A stretch of DNA of 64,000 nucleotides from Eledone cirrhosa (lineage: Eukaryota): contig OZ024751.1 in assembly GCA_964016885.1 (NCBI GenBank), positions 52,514,001 through 52,578,000 of the forward strand, given 5' to 3'. Made by a program: the position numbers and the translations under genes. Positions 26,150-49,790 of this stretch are shown piece by piece. The notes beneath the pieces were generated by a model, which did no database searches, was not told the DNA's origin, and saw only the letters and a list, made by a program, of their open reading frames with translations. Numbering within the stretch: the first letter of the stretch is position 1; every line of letters starts with the position of its first letter.

Positions 26150-26632
26150 TATATTTAATTTGTTGGGATTCAACAAGCTTAACATTTTTTATAACTGATA
26201 TAAAGCACTCAACAGTTTAGTGGAGTAAATACACAATATATTAATAAATGGAAACTATATTTATAAAACCATATTTATTTTATTATACGTATTTCAAGGC
26301 CAACCAAGGCAAATTATGGTGTGCTTACATATCATCTTCTTCCAACAGTTTAATTTAAATAAACCGTTATCTTTTCAAACTTTCGGACACTCATTTGCAT
26401 ACTCACTCATAACTTAGTACATTTATTGAGGGTAATACAATCTCCACTATCCATGAAGCTCCAACAGTTAAGGTTGTCTTTTTTCCGGGTATGTCAATAT
26501 TTATTTATAAAACAAATTTGTATTTTATCTGATGAAAGCGCACCATAATTTGCCTTGGTTGCCCTTGAAATATGTATAATAAAATAAATATGGTTTTATA
26601 AATATAGTTTCCATTTATTAATATATTGTATA
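26150..26632. mobile_element. Family A fold-back element with spacer
   Basis: About 26233-26326 is inverted at about 26536-26629, with a roughly 200-bp spacer. Confidence 0.8.
26522..26585 (+). ncRNA. Type I hammerhead ribozyme motif
   Basis: ATTTTAT-CTGATGA-AAGCGCACCA...TGGTTGCCCTT-GAAA-TATGTA-TA-ATAAAAT. Confidence 0.75.
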
Positions 26633-26810
26633 TATATATATACTAACAGTGTAGCCCATTGTTGCCGGGCATTTTCACCATAGAATGTCTTTCTTCCATG
26701 TTTTTATTATTATTCAGAACATGTCTTCCTTGTGCCTCATCTCCTGTTACTTATTCCCCGTGGCCCTTCCCCGTGAATCGTAATTTAATCCTGCTTATTT
26801 TAAATCATTA

Positions 26811-26997
26811 TGTGGATTGGTAGTATCGGTAGAAAGTCTGACGCCATGTTTTGCAGCAAAGAGTACGGCCCTTTATTGTCTGAGTTCAAATCCCGCCGAG
26901 CTTAACTTTGCCTTTCATCCTTAAGGGGTCGATAAAATAAAGTACCAGTAATATACTAGCATAATTGCTGGCCTTGTGCCCAAAGTAGAAACAATTA
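26811..26997 (+). mobile_element. tRNA-derived SINE (family 1)
   Basis: Family head, GAGTTCAAATCCCGCCGAG and the same internal deletion as the 2893 and 16575 copies. Confidence 0.85.
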
Positions 26998-27494
26998 TGT
27001 GTGTGTGTGTGTGCACGCGTGCGCAAAAGGCAAGCAGAAATAACAAAGCAATCGACACAGTACAATGAAGAAATATATCGTTAATTTTACGCTTGATATA
27101 GTAGGAAAGGAGTCGCAACGTTTCGGACGCTAGTCCTTCGTCAGAATCAGAAAATAGAATGAAGAATTAAAGAAGAAATGGAAAGAGAGGGGAAAGTGGG
27201 CAGTGACAGAAACGATAAGATAATTTCTTTGAAGAAAAAAAAAAAAAAAACCGATCTATTCCCGTCGCCATCTTTTCGTACATTCATTGCTTATAGATCA
27301 TACTTACGTGTGTGTGGTGGAAGAAGGGATGAGGTTGGGGGTATGATAAAGAGAGGGTGCCGGGTATTGTAGGGTGGAGTTAAAGGTTTGGATAAGGGGG
27401 AGGAAGTACTGGCTTGGCATCTTCCTCTATCATCCTTGTGTGGTGAAGAAATGTTCCGTTTCGTTTCCAATGAGTCAGACAGACATTGTAGTGG

Positions 27495-27550
<56 letters not shown>

Positions 27551-27553
<3 letters not shown>

Positions 27554-27604
27554 TATGTATGTATACGTACATACATATATGTATACAGACGTACAGTAGC
27601 ATGC

Positions 27605-27637
<33 letters not shown>

Positions 27638-27791
27638 CATATATATACATACATGCACACAGGTACACATAGATATATGCACGCATCAGTTTAGCCGACG
27701 TTATAATAAACGAACAAAGCTGCGTTATAATAAACGTCGGCTAAACTGATGCGTGCATATATGTATGTGTACCTGTGTGCATGTATGTATA

Positions 27792-27835
<44 letters not shown>

Positions 27836-27948
27836 TGCTACTGTACGTCTGTATACATATATGTATGTACGTATACATACATACTTACATTTAAGTAAGT
27901 GCCATACTAAGAGTGAGAAATGAAATTTCGTTTTCATTTTTTTCAACT
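27551..27948. mobile_element. Fold-back fragment of the 471-bp repeat family
   Basis: CAGACGTACAGTAGCATGCA...CAGGTACAC...TCAGTTTAGC is present in both orientations and matches the 52514-53691 unit. Confidence 0.85.
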
Positions 27949-28309
27949 TATATATATAGATATATATATATATATATAATGTGTGTGTGATGTCTATATG
28001 TGTGTGGTGTCTCTCTATATATGTGTGTGGTGTCTGTGTGGAGTCTATATGTGTGTGTGTGTGTGTGGTGTCTGTGTGTGTGTATGTGGAATCTATGTGT
28101 CTGTGTGGTGTCTATATATATGTGTGTGTGTGTGGTATATATATATATATATATGTGTGTGTGGTATATATATATATATATATATGAGTGTGTGGTATAT
28201 ATATATATATATATATGTGTGTGTGGTATATATATATGTGTGTGTGGTATATATATATATATATATATGTGTATGTGGTATATATATATGTATATATATA
28301 TGTGTGTGT

Positions 28310-28349
<40 letters not shown>

Positions 28350-28788
28350 AGGTGTATATGTGTTCATGTCTGTAAAAGCTAAAAGTTTCTCTTCTGCATA
28401 ACAATCACGATAGCGGGTGATGGCGACTAACTGGGCAGACAGACGGGTTGTCGTTATGTTGTTGATGATGATGGTGGTGGTGGTGATAATGTTGGTGGTA
28501 GTGATGATGGTGATGATGGTGGTGATGATGGTGGTGATGGTGGTGGTGGTGATGATGGTGTTGGTGGTGATGATGATGGTGGTGCTTATGATGGTGGTGA
28601 TGGTGGTGATGGTGGTGGTGGTGGTGGTAGTAAGTTTAGTGTTGCTAGTTGTGAAGTGGAGGGCTATTTAAAGGCTACAACCACTGTATTAGTGTTTATC
28701 ATATATTCATTTGTATTTCACGGCTCAGAAATATTTCTTTGAGCTATTTAATTGTAAAAGACTGTTTGAGTTTATAACTCGATATATA

Positions 28789-33947
<5,159 letters not shown>

Positions 33948-34965
33948 TAACTTTGAATAACTTTGAAATGTTTTGGCCAGTATTGGCCCAGGCCATGTCT
34001 AACTTAATAGCACCACCTGGCGAAGTCTTTCAATTCAGGATTTGGGCACCATGGCCCATTCGAGAAGAGAATTACTGTTTGCGGAGACATATCCGGGTGT
34101 GGGTGGTTTGTCCGGGATTACTTGGAGGAATTTGTCCAAAGACTTCTTGAATTTTGTGTGGTCAGTTTCTGTTTTGACGTGTCCTGGTGTGATGTTGAAG
34201 AGAGCAGGGCCGATTGAGGTGAAATAATTGTGCCGTATTTTTGTTATGAGTTGCGATTTAGATTCTTGAATGGACGGATAGCACGGGGCCCAAGCCTTGG
34301 GTGTATCTTGAAGGCGATGCCAACATCATTTGGGCAGTGATGATGGAACATTTTCCACATCATGCAGATAATATAACGCTCACGGCGACGTTGGAGTGAG
34401 TAAAGTTTCAGGTTTTCCAATCGACCCCAATAGTCAAGGTCTGACATGCCATCTATCTTTTTCGTGATTGCCCTTTGAGGAGCTTCAAGTTTCATGATAC
34501 TTGGTTTCGTGTGGGGAGACCACAGTGGACAACAGTATTCAAGGTGTGGTCGGGCGAAAGTAGAGAAGAGAAGGATAATGGTGCGGGAATCTCTCGACTG
34601 GAAGGTTCTGAGGATCCAGGAACACATTCTGCGGGCCATGTCAACTTTGCTGCTTATATGCGTGGTCCAGCTTATGTTGCTGTCCACGGTTACTCCCAAG
34701 TCTCTGATGTTGTTAGATGCCACGAGAGTTTCCCCGGAGGGAAGGGAGTACGGGAGTTTCAGAGCATCCTCTTTTCCAAAGTGGATCAGTTCGAATTTGT
34801 CTTCGTTCAGTAACATGTTGTTCTTTTCTGCCCATTGGGTAACAGCCAGTAGGTCTGACTGAAGGCTTATCCGGTCATCCACGCCATTGATGACCTTTTG
34901 GAGCTTGGAATCATCAGCGAAAATTTTAATGTTGCTGTGTTTGATGATGTCAGTGATGTCATTAA
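33948..34965 (-). mobile_element. 5'-truncated CR1-group LINE (family B), RT C-terminus plus 3' UTR
   Basis: YINDI...FADDSKL...RDLGV...RPHLEYC...[11 protein letters not shown]; TTCAAAGTTA tail repeat. Confidence 0.92.
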
Positions 34966-36334
<1,369 letters not shown>

Positions 36335-36940
36335 TGGTGTGGCTGCCAACTCGTTTTCGAGTACGGCCACTACTTTATATCCATGTAGGAGAACTCCTAC
36401 CAATGTGCTGAACGAGTGACATTTTAGTCCAGCCAGCAACTTGAAAACTCTGGTACAAACACTACACTTGTGACAATTATTGACACATAGTGCTGGGCCC
36501 ATGGTACCATGTGACGACAAGTGCAGAGATCTCCAGATATAAAGCAATGCCTGTGCCGTGAAGCTTTTATAGTGAGCAAAGGCACTGCACAAAGCCAGTC
36601 CCACTCTCTTAACCAAGATGATATTTACCAAAAGAATAACAAGTCAACATCATTGGATACCATCAGGTTTGCAGATGTTATATCAGAGTTTTCCTTCTCC
36701 TAGAATTCTGCCTTGACAAAGGCTAAGGGGTCATCTCTCCCGGTGATTTTGGATGGCCATTGACTCTTAAGAGCTCCTTTGCCCTTTGACACGTTTTGTT
36801 TTTAGTCCTGCAGGATGTCCAAAGTCACCCTCCTCACCAAGAAACCTTGGTGGGGTTGCTAGTTTAGTCGCCAACGACCCGACCATGAGACAGGTTGTAC
36901 TGGCATACATGTTACCAGTAGCACCAACTGGTGACCTGAC
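36335..36940 (-). mobile_element. Probable RTE-derived non-autonomous element
   Basis: Minus strand has CTAGGAGAAGGAAAACTCTGA (resembling RTE 5' UTRs) and a terminal zinc-finger-like remnant [17 protein letters not shown]; no RT between them. Confidence 0.5.
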
Positions 36941-38870
<1,930 letters not shown>

Positions 38871-41784
38871 ATGGTGAACGAAATAGCTGGCAATTATCTG
38901 AAGGCTATACGATCTAAAGGTGTAGAAACGACATTTGAAACGCTTAATGTTTTGTTATATGTTTCAGCTGTCACATTGCTAGCATATAACACACATCTAA
39001 AACCACGCAATCAAGATACAAACAGAAAGCCTGACCCAGCGTGGATGCGAAATTTAAAAACCAAAATTTTGTCCCTGAGACGAAGTATCTCACACATCGC
39101 AGTCGTTATGAAATGCAACACAGAGAGCAACTTCACACAACACCAGGAAGACCTAAAGAAAAAGTTAGAGAGAAGATTTGGAGATACAAAATTTAAAACT
39201 TTGAACTCCAAATTACACCAGTTGAAACAACAACTCACAGCTACAACAGAAAGACTAAAATATAAGTCAACAGCACATAAACGACAAGTGCTAAATAGAT
39301 TGTTTGCCAGAGATCCTAAATCAGTTTATCGCAGCTTCGGTGGCAAAAGCTCAATCTCTGTAAATGAGACCCCTTCAAAAGAACAGGTTGAGAGCTACTG
39401 GAGATCTGTATGGGAGACGGATGACGGATTCAACAGACAAGCTAATTGGCTAAAAGAACTGGAACAGGACTACTGCCAACATGTCCAGACAAAACAATAT
39501 GACATAGATGGGTCAATACTGGAAACAGCTCTACAGAAAATGTCGAATAGGAAATCGCCAGGCCCAGACCTCATTACAGGATACTGGTTGAAGAATTTCA
39601 CTTTCTATCGGCAAGATCTCATACGGCTGTTTACAGAAACCATTAAGGGCACACAAGAACTGCCCAGATGGTTATCAACTGCCTCTACTCTCCTCATTCC
39701 CAAAAATAGCCAAACCACCCTTGCTAAAAATTACCGCCCAATTGCCTGCCAAAACATCATGTATAAATTATATACTGGGTGCCTTAACTTGTTCTTACAG
39801 GATCACTGTGCTACCAACAACATCATAACACCTGAGCAAGCTGGTGGAAAGAGGGAGGTGTGGGGGTTGCATAGATCACCTACTAACTAACAAAATGATT
39901 CAGGAAAAAACAACAAAGAATCGCAGAAACATGACTGTCGTGTGGCTGGACTATCAAAAAGCATTTGATAGTGTACCTCATGGGTGGATTGTTAAGGCTT
40001 TACAGTTAGCTAAAGTCCCACAACCATTGGTAGCTGCTGTTGAACGCCTGACCAAGAACTGGTACACCAGTTTGATCCTTAGAGGTGAGAAGGAGCAGGT
40101 TAGGACTGATAAGATACATTACCAGAAGGGCATCTTTCAGGGTGATAGCTTGTCGGTGCTACTCTTCGTTCTCTCACTGAATCCACTATCTTACCTACTC
40201 AGGAAACAAGGTCGACAAAGAAGTGGGACCAGAAGTATCTCCCATCTTTTCTTTGTTGATGACCTGAAGTTGTATGGGCCAAATATCAATGACATCAAGA
40301 AACAATTGGACCTCATTACACAATTTTCAACCGACATCAAAATGAAATTTGGTGAGTCCAAGTGTGCATATTTGGCAGTAAAACGTGGAAGAGCTGTGCC
40401 CTCCTCTAGAAATCTAGAGCTGAACGGCCTGACAATACAACCTCTGCAGTCAGGTGACAACTACAGATATCTTGGACAGGATGAGAATGTCAGATATGAT
40501 GGACCCATAAATAAGGAGAAAACCAGAACTGAATACCTCAGAAGAGTAAAGAAAATATGGTCATCAGAACTGTCAGCATACAACAAATACATTGCCCACA
40601 ATACTTATGCTGTGCCAATTCTAACGCCAACATTTGGCCTACTGAACTGGTCATTGCAAGAACTAAGTGAGATGGATGTTAGAACTCGAAAACTTCTCAG
40701 TGTTACTGGGAACTTTAACATCAATGGTGATGTGGATAGGCTATACTTCTCACGCAAGGAAGGTGGCCGGGGTCTAAAATCAATATTAACAACATATGAG
40801 ACCCGGATAGTGACACTGAAGCAACACCTTCAACAGAGGAAAAAGGTTGGCAACCATCTTGCCCAGGTTTATGACCATGAAAAAAGAAATATCATTAGAA
40901 TAGCGACTGATCTGGAGGAGAGATATGGAATAAAGCCCGATATAAATCTCTCACCCAGAGAAATCGGAAGATCCTATTCAATGTTCAAACAAGAAAAAAA
41001 AATTGACCAATTTACAGAAAAAGTTGTGCATGGATACTTGAGGCGTAAAACACAGACCATAGAGGGGATAAACCACTCAAAAAGCCTGGCATGGAGTTCC
41101 GACAAGTTTATGACATCACACCTTGAGGGATATCTCTATGCAATACAGGAACAAGAACTCCCTACCAAATATCTGCTGCACAAAAGAGGAGGGCCAGCAG
41201 CTGACAATAAATGTAGGCTATGTAAAACAAAGATCGAGGATGTAAGCCACATTGTTGCCAGCTGCGAAAGAATGTCATCTCGCTACTACCTCCCCATGAG
41301 ACACGATGGGATAGCTAGAACCATCTGGAACGCACTTCGGAAAACAAAATTAACAACAAACGAGGAAGAATATATTGAGACAGATGGCACTAAGGAATAC
41401 TGGTGGAACCTGAAAATAAAAACTGCCACCAGATTAAAGCACAACCGGCCTGATATTGTAGTTTGGGACCACACATTGAAAACGTGTTCTGTTGTGGAGA
41501 TCAGCTGCCCACTTGATGTAAACGTTGTCAGAAAAATACAGGAGAAGGAGGACATCTACGGACCATTGATGAGGAGTTTACAAATCCAGTATCCAAGATA
41601 CACCTTTAGCTTCATACCCATCATTATTGGTGCTACGGGTTATATACCAACCCGCTTGGACCAAAGTATGACTGAACTTGGATTTGCGGACAAAAAGCGC
41701 AGCTCCCTAATTCATAGTCTACAAATGGCTGCGATAGCTGGCACCTTCAAAATTTGCAAAACATTCTTGCGATTCAAGGGATGA
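38871..41784 (+). pseudogene. R4/Dong RT-CCHC-RLE polyprotein with one frameshift
   Basis: KSPGPD, NYRPIAC, LDYQKAFDSVPH, GIFQGDSLS, LFFVDDLKLY, CRLC-x-H-x-C, HNRPDIVV...VVEISCP; single shift in the G run near 39862. Confidence 0.9.
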
Positions 41785-41866
41785 CAATTTCTTTTCTTTT
41801 ACAACCTTGCCACCAGGAAGGTGGCCGGTCAAAAAAATAAACTCAAAATTAAGAGAAAGAGAAAAC
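38871..41866 (+). mobile_element. R4/Dong-clade non-LTR retrotransposon, 5'-truncated
   Basis: RT, CCHC and restriction-like endonuclease in one frame-shifted ORF; short 3' UTR running into TACA/TA repeats. Confidence 0.9.
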
Positions 41867-41997
41867 ATATACATACATATATATATAGATATACATACAT
41901 ATATACATACATACATATATACATACATACATACATACATATATATACATACATACATATATATATATACATACATATATATATATATACATACATA

Positions 41998-42029
<32 letters not shown>

Positions 42030-42030
42030 C

Positions 42031-42841
<811 letters not shown>

Positions 42842-42927
42842 TATATATTTATATATATATACATTATATATATATATATATACATTATATATATATATAT
42901 ACATTATATATATATATATATATACAT

Positions 42928-42958
<31 letters not shown>

Positions 42959-43127
42959 TATATATATATATATATATATATACATTATATATATATATAT
43001 ATATACACATTATATATATATATATATACATTATATATATATATATACATTATACATATATATATATATATATACATTATACATATATATATATATACAT
43101 TATACATATATATATATATATATACAT

Positions 43128-43268
<141 letters not shown>

Positions 43269-43283
43269 ATACATATACATATA

Positions 43284-43587
<304 letters not shown>

Positions 43588-43661
43588 CTCTTTTACTCTT
43601 TTACCTGTTTCAGCCATCCGGCTGAGGCCATGCTGGGGCACCGCCCTTGTTGCTACACATT

Positions 43662-46600
43662 TTATCTCCAGCCTGTATAGGTTGGCCACTGGTGCAGGAG
43701 GGAGTTTATTGCTGCTGCCCTTAGGTTTCTCTCGTGTCTTGCTGTGGGCTCATCCGGGATCCTGGATAACAAGGTGTCGAGATGTTTCTTAAAGACATCC
43801 ACCTCCACGTCATGCAAGTCTTTTAGATGCCTCGGCAGCCTGTTGAAGAGTTGAGGGCCCTTGAATCCCAGGCTATTGCAATACCTGCTCCTTATTCTAG
43901 ATGTGGAAGACGGGACCTTTGGCACCACACAGTGACGTCCTGTTCGACGGTTGTCCAGCTCCCAATGCCAAAGTTTGGCGCTAGTCCCTCCAGGATTTTC
44001 CACATGTAGATCACTGCGTATCTCTCCCGTCTTCGCTCCAAGGAGTAGACGTTCAGTTCCTTCAGCCTCTCCCAGTAGCTTGTCTCCCTCATCTTGGCAA
44101 TCCTCTTGGTGTAGCTTCGCTGGATTGCCTCAAGCTCCGTGGTTAGTTTGACACTATGGGGTGACCACAACTGGGAGCTGTAGTCCAGGCGGCTTAGGAC
44201 AAAAGTCCTCCACAGTGTCAACATGGTGTCTCGATCTCTTGTCCGGAAAGTCCTCAAGATCCAGCCAGCGAGTCGTCTGCATGTTGTCGCCACTTTCATG
44301 ATGTGTGAAGAAAAAGATGCATCATCGCTCATGTCTATGCCCAGGTCTCGTATCGATTTTGACACGGGGATATCGGTCTCTCCTGGTCCTGTGTAGCTGT
44401 GTTCCACTATATTTGTGTTTGCAGGTTTGTATTGTAGGGCTTGGAATTTGCCAGCATTAAACTGCATGTTGTTTTCTTCCGCCCATCTGTATATGGCATC
44501 CAGATCCTGCTGTAAAAGGGCAGCGTCAGCCGGGTTTTTGATTGCCTGTGCTACCTTAGTGTCATCAGCATAGCTAGTGAGGGATGTTGTTGCATGCACC
44601 ACAGAGGGCATGTCCGAGAGAGCCACCAAAAACAGTAGTGGTCCCAGGACTGTCCCCTGGGGCACCCCACTTGTTATCGGTGTCTCCCTCGAGAGGGCCC
44701 CATTTGTTGCGACTGCCTGGCTTCTGTCCCTTAGGAAGCCATGCAGCCACTCACCTACTTTTCCAGTTATGCCGAGTCCGTGTAGTTTGTGACATATCAT
44801 TTCGTGGTCGACCTTGTCAAAGGTCTTCGCAAAGTCAAGATATATCACGTCCACATGTGAGCTGTCTAGTAGTTGTCTCAGTACCCAGTCGTAGTGATGT
44901 AGCAGCTGTGTAAGGCAGCTTCTTCCTGGGCGGAAGCCATGTTGCGTGCTAGTCAGGCGGTCATTTTCTTCGAGGAAAGTGATTAGTTTCTTTCTGACGA
45001 CTCGCTCCATGACCTTACTGATATGCGACGTCAGGGAGACTGGCCTATAGTTCTTGGCCCCCGCTCTCCTACCTCCTTTATGGATAGGGCATATTGTGCC
45101 TTCTTTCAGCTCCCTGGGTAGTACACCGCTAGCCAAGGAGCTTCTGAAGAGCATCTTCAGTGGAGTTGCTAAGGCCCGCTTACATATTTTTAGGAGAACT
45201 GCTGGGAATCCATCAGGTCCAGCAGCCGAGTCTGTTCTAATTTCATCAATGGCGTACACCACATCCTCCTCCGTTATGTCTATGTGGTTGATGGTTGCCA
45301 TTTCTTGATGTAGTGTTGTGGCATCAAAGAACTCCTCTGGCTTCGTTATTTGCATGTGCCTCAGTGGACATGTGAAGACACTTTTGTACTGTTCGTTCAG
45401 TATTTCACATATCTCTTGGGGATTTTCGGTTAATGAACCGTCCGTGTGGAAGAGTGGTCCAATCTTGCAGTGTACTGAGGCAGTTTCTTTTGCAAATTTA
45501 AAGAAGGCCTTAGGGTTTGTTTTAATGTTTTCTATGGCCCTGTTCTCTTTCTTTGCCCTCTCATTCTCATGTGAAAGTTGAGTGCAATCTCGGTGTCAAG
45601 TAGTGCACGTTTCAAATAGGATTCCTTCTTGTTTTTGTTTTGTTGACTATTCAACTGGTTTGAGAGTTTAGTTCTACGTCTCATAAGGATTTTCCTATCT
45701 CTGGGAATAATATTTTTGTGTCTGTTTGCCTCTTTCTCTGGGACACACTTTTTGCATATGGTGTGTATCGTTGTCATGAAGTGTTGAAATTGTGTGTTAG
45801 TGTCTTGTGTGGCGGTGTTTTCACTCCATGTTTGCTTCCGGATTTCACTCTTAATCTTTTTCCAGTTAGCCTTGTAGAAGTTAAGGTTGGATAGCGTCCC
45901 GGAGCTTCTTGGTGGTTTTGTCTCTGTTGGTTCTCTTGGACCACATATCATTAGCTCTACTAAGTTATGATCCGAGAGAATTGTTGGTGTCACCTTTACA
46001 TTGTGGATGAGCACTTCGTTGTTTGTAAAACAGAGGTCCAGGACATTTTCGCCTCTTGTTGGGAGGAGTATTACTTGCTCCATGAACAGCCTGTGTGTGA
46101 GGGCCAGCAGGGATTCCGTCTGTCTCTGTTCTATTGACGTCATTCCAGGGAGGAGGTGGCCCTCAGGCCATTTGACCTTTGGTAGGTTGAAGTCTCCCAG
46201 CAGTAGGATGTTGAGACCCTGGTCCAGTTTGTCAAGGACCTCTTCTATCCTACTTAGGCTATCCTCAAATTTACCCTCATGACTGGGGGCATCGGGCGGC
46301 CGATATGTGACACATATTACTGTCTGTGGTTGCTTCATATGTATTATCAGTGTGTCACAGACTGAGTTTGAATGTGTCACCAGTACAATTGGTGTGACAT
46401 CTTCACGGATATACAGAGCAACCCCACCATGAGTTCTCTCCTTCCTGTCCGAACGAAATACAGTATATTTCGGTATATGTATTTCTGCATCTGCTATACT
46501 GCTTGTCAGGTGCGTTTCGGTTAGTGCCATGCATAGGGCTTGATTGCTTATGGCTAAGTCTCCCAGGTAGGAAATTTTACTCATGTTGCTGAGTTTCACC

Positions 46601-46885
46601 AGGCCTCTGACATTCAGCAGCAGCACTGGTGTGACTTTTGGGGTGCCAGTAATGGCTGTCGGTATGACACCTGGTCTGGTGTCAGCGGCGGCCACTCTGG
46701 GTCCCTTAACTGCGGTGGTCTCGAGTGCTGGTGTGGATGACCCTGGCTCTGGAGACGATGCAGCCAGGTCAGCTGTCCCACAATCTTCTCTGCCATCACT
46801 AAAAAATTTTTCTGATCTGCTGCTGCCATCTGTATCTCGTCGGCATGTGCGTGCCTTCTCCTTGTTGGTGCAGCACGCGCGACAT
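43662..46885 (-). pseudogene. LINE ORF2 (APE endonuclease plus RT), two frameshifts
   Basis: NVRGL, LTETHL, YRPP, LGDFN, LDLCF, SDHN; NYRPVSLTS, LDFAKTFDKVDH, GVPQGTVLGPLLF, YADDTK; shifts near 45580 and 43953 (the 58-kb copy has the missing base). Confidence 0.92.
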
Positions 46886-47555
46886 CAGCATACTTCTGGA
46901 GCGGCTTATTTCGGCTTTGGCTGGTGCATGTTGCGCGAGTATGATGGGCATAGTTCGTTTGAGACCTAGGGTGGGCGAATCTGCATCCCATCCCTGTCTC
47001 TCCATGCCAGCATGTCCCGTTCTTGAAAAACTTGCACATTACTTGGGGTTTTTTGCTCCCAGTGTCTCGGTGCTTTCTGTTCTTTCTTTGAACAGTTGTC
47101 CACTGGTCCCTCTGCGCTTGGTTCTCCTTCGGAAGGTGATTTCGCTTTTCACCTTTGCCCTTAGCTTGTTGGTTGCCCGGCCTGCCCTCCCTGCCTGTAG
47201 CAGAGGGTATATCATTTTCTTTCAGGTCCGTGCTTGTGCTCTCCTCCTTTTCTTTTTCCTCTTCCTTTTCCCTCTCCTTCTCCTCATCCGTCCCTTCGGT
47301 TTTCTCCTCCCTGAGGACACGGCTTAGCATCGCCATATGAGGCGCTATGAGGACATACGCCTTCTCAATTTCTTTTCTCTCTCTCTCTATCTGTACCAGG
47401 GTCCTCAGAAACCCATGGCTCTTCAGGTTCTCCGCCATCTTTTTGCTTGGTGGAGACCCATCAGCCATAGTCCACCCCTTGATCAAAACCGCTAGTTCAA
47501 TCTTCAACCAGTTTCGCTGACTCCTGATTTCACATTTTTCCTGCATGCAGTCCAT
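46614..47555 (-). CDS. LINE ORF1 protein with CCCH zinc finger
   Basis: Open frame from MDCMQEK; charged region followed by CKFFKNGTCWHGETGMGCRFAHP. Confidence 0.75.
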   Translation of the reverse strand: MDCMQEKCEIRSQRNWLKIELAVLIKGWTMADGSPPSKKMAENLKSHGFLRTLVQIERERKEIEKAYVLIAPHMAMLSRVLREEKTEGTDEEKEREKEEEKEKEESTSTDLKENDIPSATGREGRPGNQQAKGKGEKRNHLPKENQAQRDQWTTVQRKNRKHRDTGSKKPQVMCKFFKNGTCWHGETGMGCRFAHPRSQTNYAHHTRATCTSQSRNKPLQKYADVARAAPTRRRHAHADEIQMAAADQKNFLVMAEKIVGQLTWLHRLQSQGHPHQHSRPPQLRDPEWPPLTPDQVSYRQPLLAPQKSHQCCC

Positions 47556-47760
47556 TTCGCTGTGGAGGGGAGAAAGAGAGACAGTGGGAGGTGTAGGGTA
47601 GAGGTTAGAGAGGGACAGAGTGAGGGAGGGAGATAGAGATATAACTCCAGCGAGAGAAAAAGAAAGAGAAACAGAAGAAAAGAAAAGAAAAGGGGGAGAC
47701 AGAAGAGGGGAGCGAGAGAGATAGCGGGAAGAGTGTGGGGGGGTCAGAGGGAGAGAGAGG

Positions 47761-47822
<62 letters not shown>

Positions 47823-48505
47823 CGTTGATCTAGAGAGAGGGAGAAAGAGAGCTCGTTGATCGAGAGAGAGAGAGAGGGGGAGAGAGAGGGAGAGAGCGAG
47901 AGAGAGAGAGAGAGGAAGGAGAGAGATAGAGACAGCGTGAGAGCGTGAGCAACTGCAGTTCACAAATACAAAAATAAATTTTTAAATTTAAATTTAAATT
48001 AATGAATGGAAGAAACCGGAAACATAGAGATATAGAAACACGATGTAAATGTCTGTTTACAAATATACGAAGTTATTGTAATATCAGCATATCATACAAG
48101 AAACAACGAAATCGGGTCAAATACAGATAAGATTATACAAAATCAAACAAGATTATATCAAATTATATTATGTTACTCAGAAAAATCAAAATTAATACAA
48201 AATTGCTTAAGTTAAACCAAAATGCTCTGTATGGTAGACAAACAAAAATAGAAAGCACGTGTGTGTGTTGTCTCCTATGAATGAATCATACAGTGAAAAT
48301 AAACATGTTCAAAACGGTAATATATGTAAAATATACTTCAAAATAATTGCGTCAAAGCACAAAAACTTATCTTTTTTGTATGTTTTCCTTGTCCTCTGAA
48401 GAATTAAAACCATACATAAATCCGATTACTGTCGATTTAAAATATTAAAATTTCAAATCCGGAGAGACGACAATTCACGTCTTATACCAACAAGTGCCAA
48501 GCCTA

Positions 48506-49790
<1,285 letters not shown>

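Noticed and set aside
2893-26997. tRNA genes suggested by A and B boxes
   Set aside because: No complete cloverleaf; the boxes are heads of multi-copy SINEs.
27111-27150. Hammerhead-like core CTGACGAAGGACTAGCGTCCGAAACGTT on the minus strand (similar degenerate ones near 23640, 11990, 10923, 4340)
   Set aside because: Stem I or a core box cannot be formed convincingly; probably decayed PLE remnants, so not called as ribozymes.
44577-47340. Plus-strand ORFs over the CR1 element (likewise antisense ORFs over Dong, Tc1 and Tx1)
   Set aside because: Antisense shadows of transposon coding frames.
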